Source of the DNA: the human T2T-CHM13v2.0 reference genome, Homo sapiens
DNA length: 64,000 nt
Assembly: GCF_009914755.1 (NCBI RefSeq)
Contig: NC_060948.1
Reading direction: 5' to 3' (one strand)
The position numbers and the translations under genes were made by a program. Below are positions 1 to 16,476 of this stretch, in pieces (position 1 is the first letter of the stretch; each line of letters opens with the position of its first letter). The notes beneath the pieces are model-generated. The model searched no databases. It had not been told where the DNA came from and worked only from the letters and a program-made list of their open reading frames with translations.

Positions 1-299
1 TAAAAAACTTTAAATACATCCTGTATGACTCTAACCTCTAGCCCCTTATACCCATAAGAGTACAAGAAGTCATATCTCTTTTTAAGCCCAAATTAGTGTT
101 GAATTAAACAAATGGTATCACTGGGACAAAAAACTAAATGTTACTATATCTGCTAACTATAGACATTATAATCTTTAACCAAATAAGTGAAGACATTATA
201 AACCACGATGTTTAAGATCTTTTCTCAGAAAATCAAGTTTTGTTTTTTTTTTACCATTCTAACGTCATCCCTTTTCAACATATTATGTAAATCAAATGT

Positions 300-1037
<738 letters not shown>

Positions 1038-1114
1038 CAAAATCTATTTCTATTCACTAGTAATAAACCCTATAAAAATGAAATTAAGATGACAACTTTA
1101 TTTCTAAAAAAAAA

Positions 1115-2160
1115 AGAAGAAGCAGCTGGAATATTTCCCACTGCCCTGAAAGACACAGATATCAGGCAGCCGAGGTCTGGGACAGCCTTTGAGTTGAGGC
1201 TGTGCTACTATATTGGGACCTGGCTGGAATCACTGTGGGGCTAACCAGAAACTGTTCAAGTTCCTGAGAAATCAACGTCGAATTCCTTTAAAATATAATG
1301 GATGAAGAAAAGAAAATCTCTAGCGGTTTTGAAAACCCTAATGCCATGATGTCAAATAATGTCTTTTGAGTCATAAATTTTTAGAAAAAATCCTGCACAA
1401 ACATCAGCAATAATGAAACAGTAGTTGAGTGGCCCAGGCCATTTTGCTGAGAAGAAAACCATTGAGGTCAATTTGAGAGACATCCCTTCATGAGCACTGT
1501 CAAGAGCATGCACATATTTTACCTACACATTTTACTATACCTACAGCTCCACAGGGATTTTTAAATTCTGATTTCACATAAAACTGCACTAGAATTTCTG
1601 ACGGCTGTAAACTTTCTAGATTGTATGTAAATACAATTGATTGTGTATCAATACAATAGATTGATATAATAAAATAAATTATAATCACCTGGTAACTCTT
1701 TTCAGTGTTTAAGACTTGTAGTTGAGTTTGTATTTTTTCACAGACAGTACATTCCCTGTATGCAATGTAACTATAAAATTAATTGCTATGAAGGTTGTCT
1801 TCAGTTTTTCATAACAGAGTTGAAATTTGTTTGCAATGTCAACAAATTAAGGACATTTTCATAACTGAGAAATAAACAAATATGGCAATTCATAGGTGGT
1901 TTTGCTTTATCCTATGGATATGACTTTTAAAATGAACAATGATGATCTAGAAAATGCTGGAAACTAGAACTAATAAACATGTTTTTCAGTTAAACAATTG
2001 GGCTAAGTGTTTTTATGTGTTTAGTTATTTGTTAATAAAATTCTTCAGTTTGTAGCTGCCCATAGCATTGCTGGAGTTATTCAAATAATTGCATTATAGG
2101 TATGCTCATAACTTAGCCAAAACATTGATTTATTTTTACTGACCCTGACACAATAAATGT
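1115..2160 (+). pseudogene. ELOCP: Processed ELOC (TCEB1, elongin C) pseudogene
   Basis: ATG at 1298: [49 protein letters not shown]..NFLDC matches ELOC ([50 protein letters not shown]..NFLDC). Intronless, with stops and frameshifts; ELOC-like 5' and 3' UTRs flank the CDS (1298-~1630). Confidence 0.9.
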
Positions 2161-2167
2161 TGTATTG

Positions 2168-2435
2168 ATGCCTGTAATCTCAGCACTTTGAGAAGTCAAG
2201 GCAGGCACATCTCTTGAGCCCAGAGGTTTCAGAAGAGCCCAGGCAACATGGCAAACCATTGTCTCCAAGAAAATAAAAAAGAAAGAAAAAGAAAAATAAT
2301 TAGCCAGGTATTGCAGTGGAAGCTAAGGCAGACAGATTCAAAGGAGCCCGGGAGTGAGAAGCTGCAGGCTGCAATGAGCCATGATGGCTCATTGTAGTCC
2401 ACACTTGACAAAAAGTGAGACCCTGTCTGAAAGAC
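2168..2435 (+). mobile_element. AluJ-like, 5'-truncated
   Basis: gcctgtaatctcagcactttg ... gtgagaccctgtct; tail expanded into a microsatellite. Confidence 0.85.
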
Positions 2436-2436
2436 A

Positions 2437-2516
<80 letters not shown>

Positions 2517-2632
2517 AGGAAAGGAAGGAAGGAAGGAAGGAAGGAAGGAAGGAAGGAAGGAAGGAAGGAAGGGAGAGAGAGAGAAAGAAAGAGAGAAAGA
2601 AAGAAAGAAAAAAGAAAGGAAGAAAAAGAGAG
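2436..2632 (+). repeat. Compound STR (AAAG)20 AAGGA (AAGG)13 plus degenerate GA-rich tail
   Basis: Counted directly: AAAG 2436-2515, AAGG 2521-2572. Confidence 0.95.
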
Positions 2633-2956
2633 ATATGAGTTGAAATTCCTTAAGTCCTTTGATAAACTTCAGTATTGTTTTAATGTGTCTTGTCATCTCA
2701 TTTTTTTATTACTACAATTCAAGGAGTTTATTTAAAGACAATTTGGGAAGGTTAACAGCTACAAATTTTTAAGAAGTAATTGAACTTTACCCAGGTGGTT
2801 GATAAGTCAACTATACAACTTAGAGTTCTTGTGCATTATGTCTTCTGGCCAATTCAAAGTACTATATTTTCATTGATTATAAAGCAAATTATCCTTTTCA
2901 ACTTTCAAAACAGAAACCAAAAACAAACAAACAAACAACAACAACAACAACAAAAC

Positions 2957-3125
2957 AGGCTGAATGTTGTGGCTTACACCTGTAATTCCAGTACTTTGGG
3001 AGGCCAAGCAGGGAGGATTGCTCAAGCCCAAGTGTTTGAAGCTGCAGTGAGCTATGATTGCACAAGTACGTTCCCACATGGGCCAAAGAATAAGGCCCTG
3101 TCTCAAAGAGCAACAACAAAAAGCC
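2957..3125 (+). mobile_element. Alu monomer (FLAM/FRAM-like)
   Basis: gtggcttacacctgtaattccagtactttgggaggcc ... gctgcagtgagctatgattg; preceded by (CAAA/CAA)n. Confidence 0.8.
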
Positions 3126-3139
3126 AACGATCATAAAGT

Positions 3140-4030
3140 TTTCAAGACGAACTTTTATCAAGGTGCAAGAATTAGACATGAAAAATTACAAAATACTGCT
3201 GAAATAAATTCCAGAAACCCTTCATAAACGTAAAGACACTCAGTGCTTTTGGATTAGAAGATGATTCTTATGTGACAATACTGCACAAAGCAAACTACAA
3301 ATTCATTGTGATTTCTATGAAAATACCAAAGTCCTTTTGGCAGAAATGGGCAAGCCAATTCTAACATTCATATACATTTCAGGGGATGCTGAATAGCCAA
3401 AATATTCTTGAAAACAAAAACAAATATTGCTGCTAAGCAGCAGTCATCAAAACAGCATAATACTGGTGTAAGGACACACACAGAGGTCAATGGAACTGAA
3501 GGTTAATTCCAACTGTACCTCTATAGTCAATTGATTTTTGACAGGTAACCAAGATCAGTAAATTCAACAAATGCTGTTATGCAACTGAATACCGCATTCA
3601 GACAAAGAAATTGTACTTTTCTCACAACAGAACATAAAATTAACAGAAAATGTTTCAAAGCCTACATATTAGAGGTAAAAAAAGAAACTTTAGAAGAATA
3701 TATGGGGATAGATCTTCATAATGTTGGATTTAGCAGTGGTTTCTTAGATCTGATACCAAAAGCACAGTCAACTAAAGAAAGAATTTTCTCAAAATTAAAC
3801 ATTTTTGTGCATCAAAAGACACTGTCAAGAAAGTGAAAAGACATGGTACAGAAAGGAAGGCTTGCATTTTATGTATGTAACAACAGTCTGCTATCGACAA
3901 TGTATGAAGACTTTGCATACCTCAGTAACAAAATAAAAGACAAACAATCCAGGTACAAAACAGAGAAGTAGTTGAATACACACTTCACCAAAAAGACATG
4001 CATATGGAATACAAGCACATAAAAAGATGA
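3140..4030 (+). mobile_element. Old L1M ORF2 3' fragment
   Basis: Degenerate L1 motifs (tactggtgtaaggacacac, ggtttcttagatctgataccaaaagcacag, cacttcaccaaaaagac). Confidence 0.65.
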
Positions 4031-5539
4031 CCAGTAAAATATATAAGTTTTACTCCATCAGGTGTTTCCTAAATAAGCTTTTCTCATAGTCATGTGATTC
4101 CGTGTGGGAAAATTAGTCCTATCCAGCTCGACTTAAGGAGCAGCTAAGTTAACAATACTGCTGGGGAGCAAGTTTGCTTGGATGAGAAAATAAATACCTG
4201 GCAAGAAATAATATTCTGAAATGAAAACTTTCTTGCTGGACTAAAGTTTCCAGTAGAGCTGATAGTTTGTCCCTCAGCCTCCATGGGCCCAAAATTTATC
4301 ATCCAGCAGGAAGTAATAAGGGAAGTCATTAAGTTAATGAGGTACATGGGTACACAAATGCCCCAAGTCTCATATCAAAGCTGTGACATAATTACATACC
4401 CTCACAGCATTTCAATATTCAAATATTAACAATTCATCTGCTTAAATATCTAAGCTTACTTTATTTACTTTACACTATACAGTTAAGGAGGTTTACAAAT
4501 ATTTATATGAATTGTCATGTCGTGTTCTAGGGCTTTTTTGTCACTTAAATGTATTGATGGACTACGTTACATGTAAGTACTTAAACCTAACATAACTTGG
4601 AAATAATAACACACGGTTACGGAAGATAGCAAGGTAACAGTCTGCCCGATAAATTCTTATGTAATTTCAATAATTAATAGTGTCATTAGTCTTCAGCACT
4701 GAGATGTTTTATTTACTAATTTCCCCAAACATGAACTTTCATTGCATTAACTATTATTTCCTTGATTTATAAATTGAGAGTGATCTCATCAATTATCTAA
4801 CAAATAATGAATTTCTTTTTATCTTTAGAAACAGCACATCATTATCTTTTCTACAGTTAAATAGCACAAGCTCTGACTTTATTAGCTGGACAAAGCCTTG
4901 GGAAATTAGATAAGTGTGGGCACTAGGTGAATAGATTGAGAGATAGCACATAAAATTCCTGAGACACTCCAGACACTGTGTTACCACAATTAAAATCAGA
5001 TGAGACTGCAGGTAGTTGAGCAGACTGAGTGGGCACAGGAAACAGGCAGGAGAACTTGGGGTCTGCAGCTATGGTGAGTTCTATGGTTCTTGTTCTAAGG
5101 TCAGTGGGAAACCATTGGCAAAATTAAATCAGGAGAGTGACAGGATGAAACTTGTGTTTGTAAGTGAATATTTTGCCATTACCCTTACCAGTACCAACCC
5201 TGTATTTCCCGATGTTGTAGTTATGTGGTGGTACCCTTGGAGAATGTCTCCACTTTTTGTAAAACCCACTGGGATATTTTGCATAAAGCTTCAAATCTGG
5301 CACAGCAGAAACCACTGGAGATTCTGGGAGAGAGGATTACTCTATACTAATAGCTATTGGAAGTTTCCTAGAAGTATGAAATTATTGAGAAATAAACTAC
5401 TTTTTAATAAAAACAACCATGTCAATACCTTGTCACTAAAGCAGAGACAACAACATCAAACATCATTATAGAGGCCAAATCCAACCCAAATCCAGCTCAG
5501 TGGAAGCTCTGAAAAAAAGTGCCCTGGTAAGAGTAGGAA

Positions 5540-6100
5540 TGTTATGACAGCATTGCAGGTGTTACATCTTTATGTTGAGAGTTACATCAGTAATTATGGG
5601 TGTTACATCATATTATGGTTGTTTCATTTGTATTACAAATGTTGTGTTAGTATTATGGGTGTTAGTATTACCGGTGTTACATCAGTATTACAGTTGTTAC
5701 ATCAGTATTACGGTTGCTATATTTGTATTGCAGGATGATATAATGGTATTATGAGTGGTATAATGGTATTATGAGTGTTACAGTTGTATTACAGGTGTCA
5801 GGACAGCATTATTACACAAGTGTTATGGATGTTTCATTTGTATTGTGGGTTGTATATTGGTATTATGAGCTTGGCACTTGTATTATGGGTCTTAGATAAG
5901 TATTCCGGTTGTTATATTTGTGTTTCAGATGGTATACTGGTATTATGAGTGTTTTATTGCTGTTAATGAGTGTTACAGTGGTAATACGGGTGTTAGATGA
6001 GTATTTCAGGTGTTACATTAGTATTACGAATGACACATCTGTATTATGGTTGATATATTTGTTTACAGATGTTATATTTCTATTACAGATGTTATATGAT
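5540..6100. repeat. Degenerate ~20-bp minisatellite, consensus about GGTGTTACATCAGTATTACA
   Basis: Consecutive units such as ggtgttacatcagtattaca / gttgttacatcagtattacg / gttgctatatttgtattgca / agtgttacagttgtattaca. Confidence 0.8.
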
Positions 6101-6587
6101 GAATGATACATTTGTGGCACGAGGCCACGGTGTGGACCTGGCATTGTGGCCACCACAAATTGCGTGTGGGGAAGGACGTTGGGGTGCACTTAAAGCCATG
6201 GGATATTTTTATGTTTAATTTTCCACAAGAAGCCCTTCTCCTGGGTCCCTGATCCTCAGCAGTCAGAGGGAAATTTTTATTTACCACTCCCTCCAGCTGT
6301 CCCACAGCAAGGCGTTGTTGCTCTGGTCTGTGCTGAGAAGAACGCTGCTCTCCCCCTCAAGCAGCATGCGCTGAAAACACCTGCACTCCCAGGGTCAGAA
6401 AAGGCAGACTCTTGCGTCCCCTGCTAGCAGCCGGAAGAACTGCAGGACACTCATGGTCAAGGTGAAGCAGCCGCGTGCGTGCGACGCCCCACCTGGCTGG
6501 CCTGCGGCACCAAATAAAAGCAGAGGTCAGACTGTTCAAAGCCGTCATTTTAGAAATTCAAATGGAAATGTTGCCTATTATCTTGGT

Positions 6588-7407
6588 TTCTTTTTTTATT
6601 ATTATTTTAGTTTCAGGCGTACATGTGAAGGTTTGTTATATAGGTAAACTCCTGTCATGGACGTTCGTTGTACAGATTATTTCATCACCCAGGTATTAAG
6701 ACTAGAACTCAATAATTATTTTTCCTGCTGGTCTCTCTTTTCCCACCCTCCACCCTCAAGTAGGTCCCATGTCTATTGTTCCCTTCTTTGTGTTCATGAG
6801 TTGTCATCATTTAGCTCCCACTTCTAGTGAAAATATGTGGTATTTGGTTTACTGTTCCTACATTACTTTGCTAAAGATAATATCCTCCAGCTCCATCCAT
6901 GTTCCCTCAAAGGCATAACTGTATTCTTTTTTATGGCGGCATAGTATTTTTTGTGAGTATGTGCCACATTTTCTTTAATCCAAACCATCACTGATGGGCA
7001 TTTAGATTAATTCCATGTCTTCTGTTGGGAATAGTCCGCATGAACATTTGCATTCATGTGTCTTTATGGTATAATGATTTATATTCCTTTGAGTACATAT
7101 CCAGTAAAGGGAATGCTGGGTTGAACAGTAGTTCTGCTTTCCAGTCTTTGAGGAATTGCCCTACTGCTTTCCCCAACAGTTGAACTAATTTACATTCCTA
7201 CCAACAGTGCATAATTTTTCCTTGGTTTCTGTAACCTCGCCTGCATCTGTTATAACTTTTCTTTACAATAATAGCCATTCTGACAGGTATGAGATGGTAT
7301 CTCACTTTTTTTTTTGCTTTGATTTGCACTTCTTTAATAATCAATAATATCGAGCTTTTAAAAATAAGTTTATTGGCTGCCTGTATGTCCTTTGAAAAGT
7401 GTGTGTT
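6588..7407 (-). mobile_element. L1PA13-16-like 3' end
   Basis: gtttgttatataggtaaact ... cagattatttcatcacccaggtattaag ... cccaccctccaccctcaagtagg is the older L1PA 3'UTR; T-rich tail at left. Confidence 0.8.
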
Positions 7408-7488
7408 CACACTTCTCACAAGAAGACATTTATGCAGCCAACATACGAAAAATGCTCATCATCACTGGCCATTAGAGAAATGCAAACT
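7408..7488 (+). mobile_element. Short inverted L1 ORF2 fragment at a junction
   Basis: cacttctcacaagaagacatttatgcagccaac..tgctcatcatcactggccattagagaaatgcaaa is sense-strand L1 lying between two antisense L1s. Confidence 0.85.
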
Positions 7489-12010
<4,522 letters not shown>

Positions 12011-12049
12011 ATTCCCCTTCATTTTTTTTTTTTTAATGGTGAAGGAGCC

Positions 12050-12600
12050 ATTAACTGGAAATGTAAAACTATGCAAATTCTAGAAGAAAGCACAGACATA
12101 AATGTATGTGATCTTGGATTTGGTCATAAGTTTTAACAAATGACAACAAAGCCGATCAGCAATGGTAAAAAAAAAATTAATAATTTAAGGTTTCTCATAT
12201 TAAAAGCTTATACTCTGAGTAAAATCTTGTTCAGGAAATAGAAAGATAAGCAACACACTGAAAATAAATATCTGCAAAATACAGATCTGGGTAAAAACTT
12301 GCACTGAAAATACACCAATCTTGAAACTCAAAAATAAGATATAATACCTAATTAACAATGAGTAAAGAGCTGAACACACCAATGAAAATACGAAGATGGC
12401 AAGCAAACAAAAAGATGCTCAAACTCATATATCTTTAAGTGACTGAAAATTACAACAATGAGTTAGCATGGCTCATCTATATTTGTTGGAACTACTAAAC
12501 CATTTTTAAAACATGACAACTGATTTGCTGCAGGAAAAACAACAATTCATTCATTGTTTGTGGAATGCATGATGGCACAGAAAGAAAAAGAACTCTTTCA
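12050..12600 (+). mobile_element. Old L1M fragment
   Basis: gtaaaactatgcaaattctagaagaaagc..gtgatcttggatttgg; cagatggcaagcaaacaaaagatgctc-like motif. Confidence 0.55.
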
Positions 12601-13198
12601 AACTCTCATATTAACCTGAAAGCCTGTTTCTATCCTCTATCATACACACAAGGTGCTATTTGGTCTACCTTTTGGTGACAGACTCGAGATCCAATATAAT
12701 TTGTGCATCTGTAAGAAGTAGCTGGGATCCAGACAGAAGGCAGATGGTCCCCACAGTCAAAGTCATCTAAGAACTTTTTAATAAAGAGGGACTTATTCAG
12801 GGTATCTAAAAAAGATGGTGGAGTTCCCTGGGATAGTAACAGGACCATACTCTTTGTACTCCTTGGGAATGGAGAATTAGGGGAGAGAGAAATTCTCAGC
12901 ACTGGAGAGACAGAGATGGTTCAGAGCACTTGAAAGATGTCATCACAGGCACTATGACCTCTCTGGGACTTGAGATGAAGCAGCCAGTCTAGGGCCACTG
13001 TATGTGGAGGCTGGTGTCCCCACTAGCCAAACCCAATCAGCAGGCAGAGAGCAAAAAAATGCCTTGATACCATCTAGAGGCAGGTTAGCAGAGTTTAATC
13101 CAGAAATCATAATTTTATAAATCTTTCCAATTTAAGCCTCCTTTACAAGTATAAAACATAGTTTTATACTGACTTAGTATGAATCACTAATACATGCA

Positions 13199-13436
13199 AG
13201 CCATGCACAGTGGCTCATGTCTGTAATCCTGGCTATTTGTGAGGCCCAGGCTAGTGGAACATTTTGGTGAAAAGATTGAGACCAGCCTGGCCAACATGGT
13301 GAAACCCTGTCTCTATTAAGCATATAAAAATTAGCTGTGTGTGTGTGGAGCGGGTGGGGGGGGGGGCGGTAAATTCCTGTAGTCTTACCTACTTGAGAGG
13401 CAGAGGCAGGAGAATTGCTTGAACATAGGAGGTGGA
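13199..13436 (+). mobile_element. Alu, 3'-truncated, abutting OFD1P exon 13
   Basis: gtggctcatgtctgtaatcc ... gaattgcttgaacataggaggtgga, then stops abruptly; contains a G-run insertion at ~13351-13368. Confidence 0.85.
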
Positions 13437-13441
13437 CATAT

Positions 13442-13590
13442 GGTTTAAGAGATGCATGTTTTTATTTTTATTCTCTTCCAGTTTTTCTTCCTTTAGTAGT
13501 AAATAGTCACTTATCTCTTGAACACTTTCATTCACAATATATTTGTTTTGTTATTGCCGAAGACTGTGCTTTGACACACATTAACTCAAT
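13442..13590 (-). pseudogene. OFD1P: OFD1P exon 13 homologue
   Basis: tttcag|ATTGAGTTAATGTGTGTCAAAGCACAGTCTTCGGCAATAACAAAAC..CATGCATCTCTTAAACC. 149 nt versus 190 nt because of an internal deletion; donor lost. Confidence 0.85.
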
Positions 13591-13923
13591 CTGAAACTTA
13601 AAAAGGAAAATTTGCATTTGAATGATGACTTTACAGTGCTGCAAAAGTAAAAGCTGGCAGGCTCCTTTTAGCATAGCGTCACAATTTAACTGAGGTCACT
13701 GAACCGATGTCTGAATCTCTGCAATAAGACCCAAACTACAGTAACAAAAATTGTCTTCTGCCCTGCAGTTGGGGCAGAGGAAGTTTTATGGACAACATCC
13801 CATGAAGCAAGTCCTTCTAAGTAAGATTATAACCTCATTTTGCATAGGCATTGAAGAACTTAAAACAGTCACTCATCATAGCAATATAGATTTGTTTTAA
13901 ATATGAAAAGGTAAGGTAAAAAT

Positions 13924-14540
13924 GGCCAGGCATGGTGGCTCCCGCCTGTAACTCCAGCACTTTGGGAGGCCAACATGAGAGGATAGCTTGAGCTCAGAAT
14001 TTCCAGACTACCTTGGGCAACAAGGAAAAACCCGGTCTCTACTAAAAGTGCAGCCGGACACTGGCTCAAGCCTGTAATCCCAGCACACTGGGAGACCATC
14101 ATGGACAGATCACTTGAGGTAAAAAATTTGAAACCACCCTAGCCAACATGGTGAAACCCAATCTCTACTAAAACTATAAATATTAGCCAGGCATGGTAGC
14201 AGGTGTCTGTATTCCCCGCTACCCAGGAGGTTGAAACAGGAAAAATCACTTGAAAACAAAGGCAGTGGTAGCAGTGAGCCCAGTTTGCATCATTACACTC
14301 AAGCCTGGGCAACAGAACGAGACTCCATCTTAAAAAAATTAAAAAGTAAAAAACAAAAACAAAAAAAAGACATAATTTTCTTGGTGTGGTGGGGTATGGC
14401 TATAATCCGAGCTTCTCGGGAGGTGGAGACACAAGAATTGCTTTACCCTGGGAGGTGATGATTGCAGTGAGCCGATATAACACTAGTGCACTCCACACTG
14501 AATGACATAATGAGGCTCAGTCTCAAAAAAAAAAAAAAAG
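13924..14540 (+). mobile_element. Nested Alu cluster (left arm, full Alu, right arm)
   Basis: Alu left arm 13924-14047, second Alu ~14052-14370, right arm ~14372-14540 ending in an A-tail. Confidence 0.8.
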
Positions 14541-15205
14541 TAACATTTTGTGTAGAGCTTTTCTTTTCTTAGTATTCTCTATGTCATATTTGAATAAGAA
14601 GGCATACAAAGTTCTCACAAAAGTTCAACTTGCAAAAATGTTTTAAGTGCCTAAAATTCCAGCTTCATCTTCAGACAGCAAGCATAAAAATAAACAGAAA
14701 ATTAAACAAGCAATGGCAGGTGATAAATGCATTGCATTTAGTTTTAATATGTGAGATAACACTATAATGTCAAAAATTTTAGCTGCTGCTGATGAAAGGA
14801 AAGAACAGGTTAATGTAGAAACAGAACAATAATAATATTGGCCACCTGCTATGAACTAGGCTCATACGTTAACTCACTGAATTCCCTCAACAACCCTATA
14901 ATGTGGAAAACATCCTAGGGTTTACAGCTGAGGAATCTGCAATCAAAGGACCTGCCCAAAGGCACACAAGAAATTAGGACACAGATAGGATTCAAGGAGG
15001 ACTCTAAGAATCAAAGCACTGTCTACACTTTCATATATGATGTTGATTGAAATTAAGAACTGTTGAGTTAACTTTAGTCATCCCCATCTTTGCCGTAGAA
15101 ATGGCAGTTTAAACATCTCGAGAGAAAAATTTTGGATAAATTATACATGACTAAAATTGTGTATGTTCATTAAAATCTATTTCAAAAAAATATGCTAAAC
15201 AATTC

Positions 15206-15297
15206 CTTGAGTTCTTACATAAAACTTACAGATTGATTGAGTTCCTCCTTTTTTGTATTACTAACTGTGAGTTCGTCTTGCAAGTAAACAGCTTTTC
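15206..15297 (-). pseudogene. OFD1P: OFD1P exon 12 homologue
   Basis: tttcag|GAAAAGCTGTTTACTTGCAAGAC..AAAAAGGAGGAACTCAATCAATCTGTA..; 92 nt as in OFD1; donor GT>GA. Confidence 0.9.
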
Positions 15298-16402
15298 CTG
15301 AAAGAAATAGCCCTTTAAACACCATAATGTTTTCCTTGTGAATACAAAAGCTATTTAATATTTATGGCCAGTATGTCAGACCTAATGACCATTATTTTAT
15401 AATATGAAATAGCCTGTGTAGGGGACAAAACTTTCACAGGCAAGTAAGAAATAAGCCCTGTTAGCTAACAGGTGATGTGAAGCTATAACTGTCATCTATG
15501 TGGTGAAATTCCACCATCTACACCTGCTAACCAGAGAGGTTTTAAGTTCCTTGAAGAAGAAGATCTGTCTGTTACTATATTGTAAAAGACAATATTGTTA
15601 TTGTATTGTAGGTATTACTTTGTCATTTTCATTTTATTTAACTTGAATCTATGTAGATATAATATCAAGGCAAAATTTGCTACATAGATGATGGTAGTAA
15701 TTTATAAAAGAAGGGTTAGTCTCCACAAGATAGTAGTAAAAGCGGAAGCCACACACTGGGTGTCTGGACATCAAATAACCACCCTTGGTGTACTCCCAAT
15801 AGTCTAATTGAAAATTCCAACAAAACGTCACCTCTCCTAACAGGCAATTTCCTAAAAATATATTGAAATATAAAATATCTGAAGATTGAGACATTACTCA
15901 TCTTCCAGTTTCAAGTGAAATATACACAAGAAATCAGGAGGTTATATGTAAAGTAAAAATATTATAAATAAAAAATATTTTAGAAGGCCACAAAATAAGA
16001 AGCTATGTCACAGGAAACAGAGAAGTTAAAGTTTTTCCTTAAGTGGAAAAGAACATATCTCATGCTAAAAGTAATAGGCACCAGAGGCAATAAGTTGCTG
16101 CCACCTTGATAATTACAGGTTTTTCAAAATATATTGAAATAAAGCTTATTAAAAATACAGAAACAATCACTGGCCTTTCTGACTATATAAAATATTAAAA
16201 ATAATGGTTTCTCAAAAGGCAGTGAAGACAATTTTTTTAATTTTACATAATTAAAATTACAAAAAATATGAACTATCGAAGAGACAATGAAACATAAAGT
16301 TTTTTTTTTGTTTTTTTAGAATATAAAACAGACCCAAATTGGGAAGCTAATAACCTGTATCAAAACTGAAAACTACAGCTACTTACCCCACCCAAACCTC
16401 AC

Positions 16403-16476
16403 CTTTATTCTTCCTTTTCTCTCCAATCAGTCAATTAGTTCTAATGATGGAGTCATCCATTAGTTCAAGTTGTTAC
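16403..16476 (-). pseudogene. OFD1P: OFD1P exon 11 homologue
   Basis: atcag|GTAACAACTTGAACTAATGGATGAC..GGAAGAATAAAG|gtgagg; 74 nt; both splice sites intact; in-frame stops. Confidence 0.9.

Noticed and set aside
2229-2735. K/E/R-rich and F/L/S-rich ORFs (also 29785-30463 and 34251-34701)
   Set aside because: They are translations of stop-free AAAG/AAGG microsatellites, not genes.
5540-6100. CRISPR-like array
   Set aside because: Contiguous degenerate units with no unique spacers, no cas genes, and a primate genome.
6453-6470. atggtcaaggtgaag resembling a GAPDH start
   Set aside because: Similarity does not extend beyond about 5 codons.
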